A stretch of 37,278 bases of DNA from Candidatus Rokuibacteriota bacterium (GTDB lineage: Bacteria > Methylomirabilota > Methylomirabilia > Rokubacteriales > DASRDR01). This document shows positions 36,090 through 37,278 of the stretch, in pieces. Positions within the stretch are counted from its first letter, which is position 1; the number at the start of each line of letters is the position of its first letter. The notes below the pieces were generated by a model. That model saw nothing but the letters and a program-made list of their open reading frames with translations, was not told where the DNA came from and did not search any database. The position numbers and the translations under genes are program-made. Location: NCBI GenBank assembly GCA_044866005.1, contig JBIOTN010000166.1, forward strand, positions 1 to 37,278, read 5' to 3'.

Positions 36090-36115
36090 CGGAGGGGGCC
36101 GCCCAGGCCCCCCCG
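36090..36115. repeat. Family B hairpin between convergent genes (possible bidirectional terminator or mRNA-end stabiliser)
   Basis: CGGAGGGGGCC-GCCCA-GGCCCCCCCG between stop codons at 36084 (+) and 36122 (-); no U-tract. Confidence 0.55.
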
Positions 36116-36121
36116 AGGCAA

Positions 36122-37276
36122 CTATCGAGCCGCCGCCGGGGGCAGGAGCGCGAAGGCGGTCAGCTCCACCCCGAGCTCCGGCCGGGCTCGCCCCACCAGC
36201 ACCTCGACCCGCCGGGAGCCGGCGGCTTCGGCGGCCGAGCCGGGCGGCGCGCCCTTGACGCCCACGAACGCGTGGGACTCGCGGTAGCGCCCCCGCAAGT
36301 CGCTGGACACGCCGAGCGTCCGCAGGGCGGCGACCGCCTCTGCGGACAGGCGCTCCGAGGCTTCGTCCTTGACCGAGCCCGCCACGATGGTCCCGGCGGG
36401 CAGGGCGGCGACCCAGGCCGCGAGACGGCCCGCCGCGGCCCGCCCGTCGAAGGTATCGAACGCCGCCGCGCTCCGGAACCGGCCATCCGGGTCGAGCGCG
36501 ACCAGGTTGTACCCGCGCCGGTTCGGCGAGAGATCACTCCCGTGGAAGCGGATGACGCTCGTGTTGCCGTAGGCGTGCGCCCCGCTCACGACCTGGAGCG
36601 CCCCGGGGCTGCGGACGCCCGTCGTGCCGATCCGATACCGCGCGTCGGCCGCCGAGTCCGTGTCCTGATAGCCGTACTGGATGGCGATGACGTTCGGCGC
36701 GGCGTGACGGAAGGGCGGCGTCACGGGCACGACCTCCGTCGCCTCCCCGGGAAGCTCGACACGGACGAGTGGGCGGTCGTTGAGGAGAACCTCGGCCCAC
36801 TGCGCGATACCCGGCTCGAGGCGCTGGGGGCGAAGCGCCACCCGGAGCAGCGGATGCCGGCGGAGGTAGTCGTAGGAGACCCAGCGCTCCAGCCGCGTGC
36901 CGCGCTCCGGTAGCGCCGCGACCTCGTAGAGGTCGTTCGGGCCGAACGTCCCCTTGAATCGGAGGACGGCCGGCGCGGCGTCCCGGAGCTTTCGCCACAC
37001 GGGCGGCCATTCGTCGGGCAAGTCCTCGTCCCGGAGCCTCACCACCAGGTAACGCAGCGGATAGATCCGTCGCAGCGCCGCCTGGGCTTCCACGCTCGGG
37101 AACGGCGGCCCGGGCCTGGTGAGCCAGTCCGACAGGTCGCCGATCAGCGACGGCACGAACCCGGACAGCCCGTTCACGACGCGTTTTCCGTGGAAGAGCG
37201 AGCGGACCATCGCGTCGGCGTCCGCGCTGGCCCGGTTGGTCGGCCACTCGAGGACCGCCACGTCCTCCGGGTCGGC
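36122..37276 (-). CDS. C-terminal part of a probable GT-C-like membrane protein with an ILEI/PANDER (GG-type lectin) domain; 5' end outside the window
   Basis: Frame stays open to the window edge; VLEWP..SLFHGKRVVNGLSG resembles the PMxNGYS motif of the + strand paralogues; GYNLVALD..FDTF..VKDEAS..LG..RESHAFVGVKG fits ILEI/PANDER. Confidence 0.72.
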   Translation of the reverse strand, partial: ADPEDVAVLEWPTNRASADADAMVRSLFHGKRVVNGLSGFVPSLIGDLSDWLTRPGPPFPSVEAQAALRRIYPLRYLVVRLRDEDLPDEWPPVWRKLRDAAPAVLRFKGTFGPNDLYEVAALPERGTRLERWVSYDYLRRHPLLRVALRPQRLEPGIAQWAEVLLNDRPLVRVELPGEATEVVPVTPPFRHAAPNVIAIQYGYQDTDSAADARYRIGTTGVRSPGALQVVSGAHAYGNTSVIRFHGSDLSPNRRGYNLVALDPDGRFRSAAAFDTFDGRAAAGRLAAWVAALPAGTIVAGSVKDEASERLSAEAVAALRTLGVSSDLRGRYRESHAFVGVKGAPPGSAAEAAGSRRVEVLVGRARPELGVELTAFALLPPAAAR

Positions 37277-37278
37277 CC

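Overview
A very GC-rich bacterial window. A Ca. Rokubacteria/Methylomirabilota-like origin is my impression from the gene set and intergenic repeats, not something shown here. It opens with housekeeping genes (accD-folC, DUF72, lptD) and continues into a ~30 kb co-oriented cell-surface glycosylation island. The island encodes: three DegT-family PLP sugar aminotransferases; a GMD/RMD-like SDR pair; a Wzm/Wzt ABC exporter whose Wzt carries a C-terminal glycan-binding domain; a coiled-coil methyltransferase that is a candidate chain terminator; five GT4 and two DPM1-like GT2 glycosyltransferases; a second methyltransferase; RmlD-like and RmlC-like enzymes; a radical SAM/SPASM enzyme; and a further SDR epimerase. 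It also holds four large multi-pass GT-C-like membrane proteins fused to different lectin-like modules (F5/8 discoidin+TPR+Ig, tandem CBM6/35-like, ILEI/PANDER); the last is on the minus strand and truncated by the window edge. Most intergenic gaps contain members of several families of structured palindromic repeats, two of which show compensatory base changes between copies. LptD carries an unusual Pro/Thr-rich mucin-like insertion. No rRNA, tRNA, CRISPR array, transposase or integrase was recognised.
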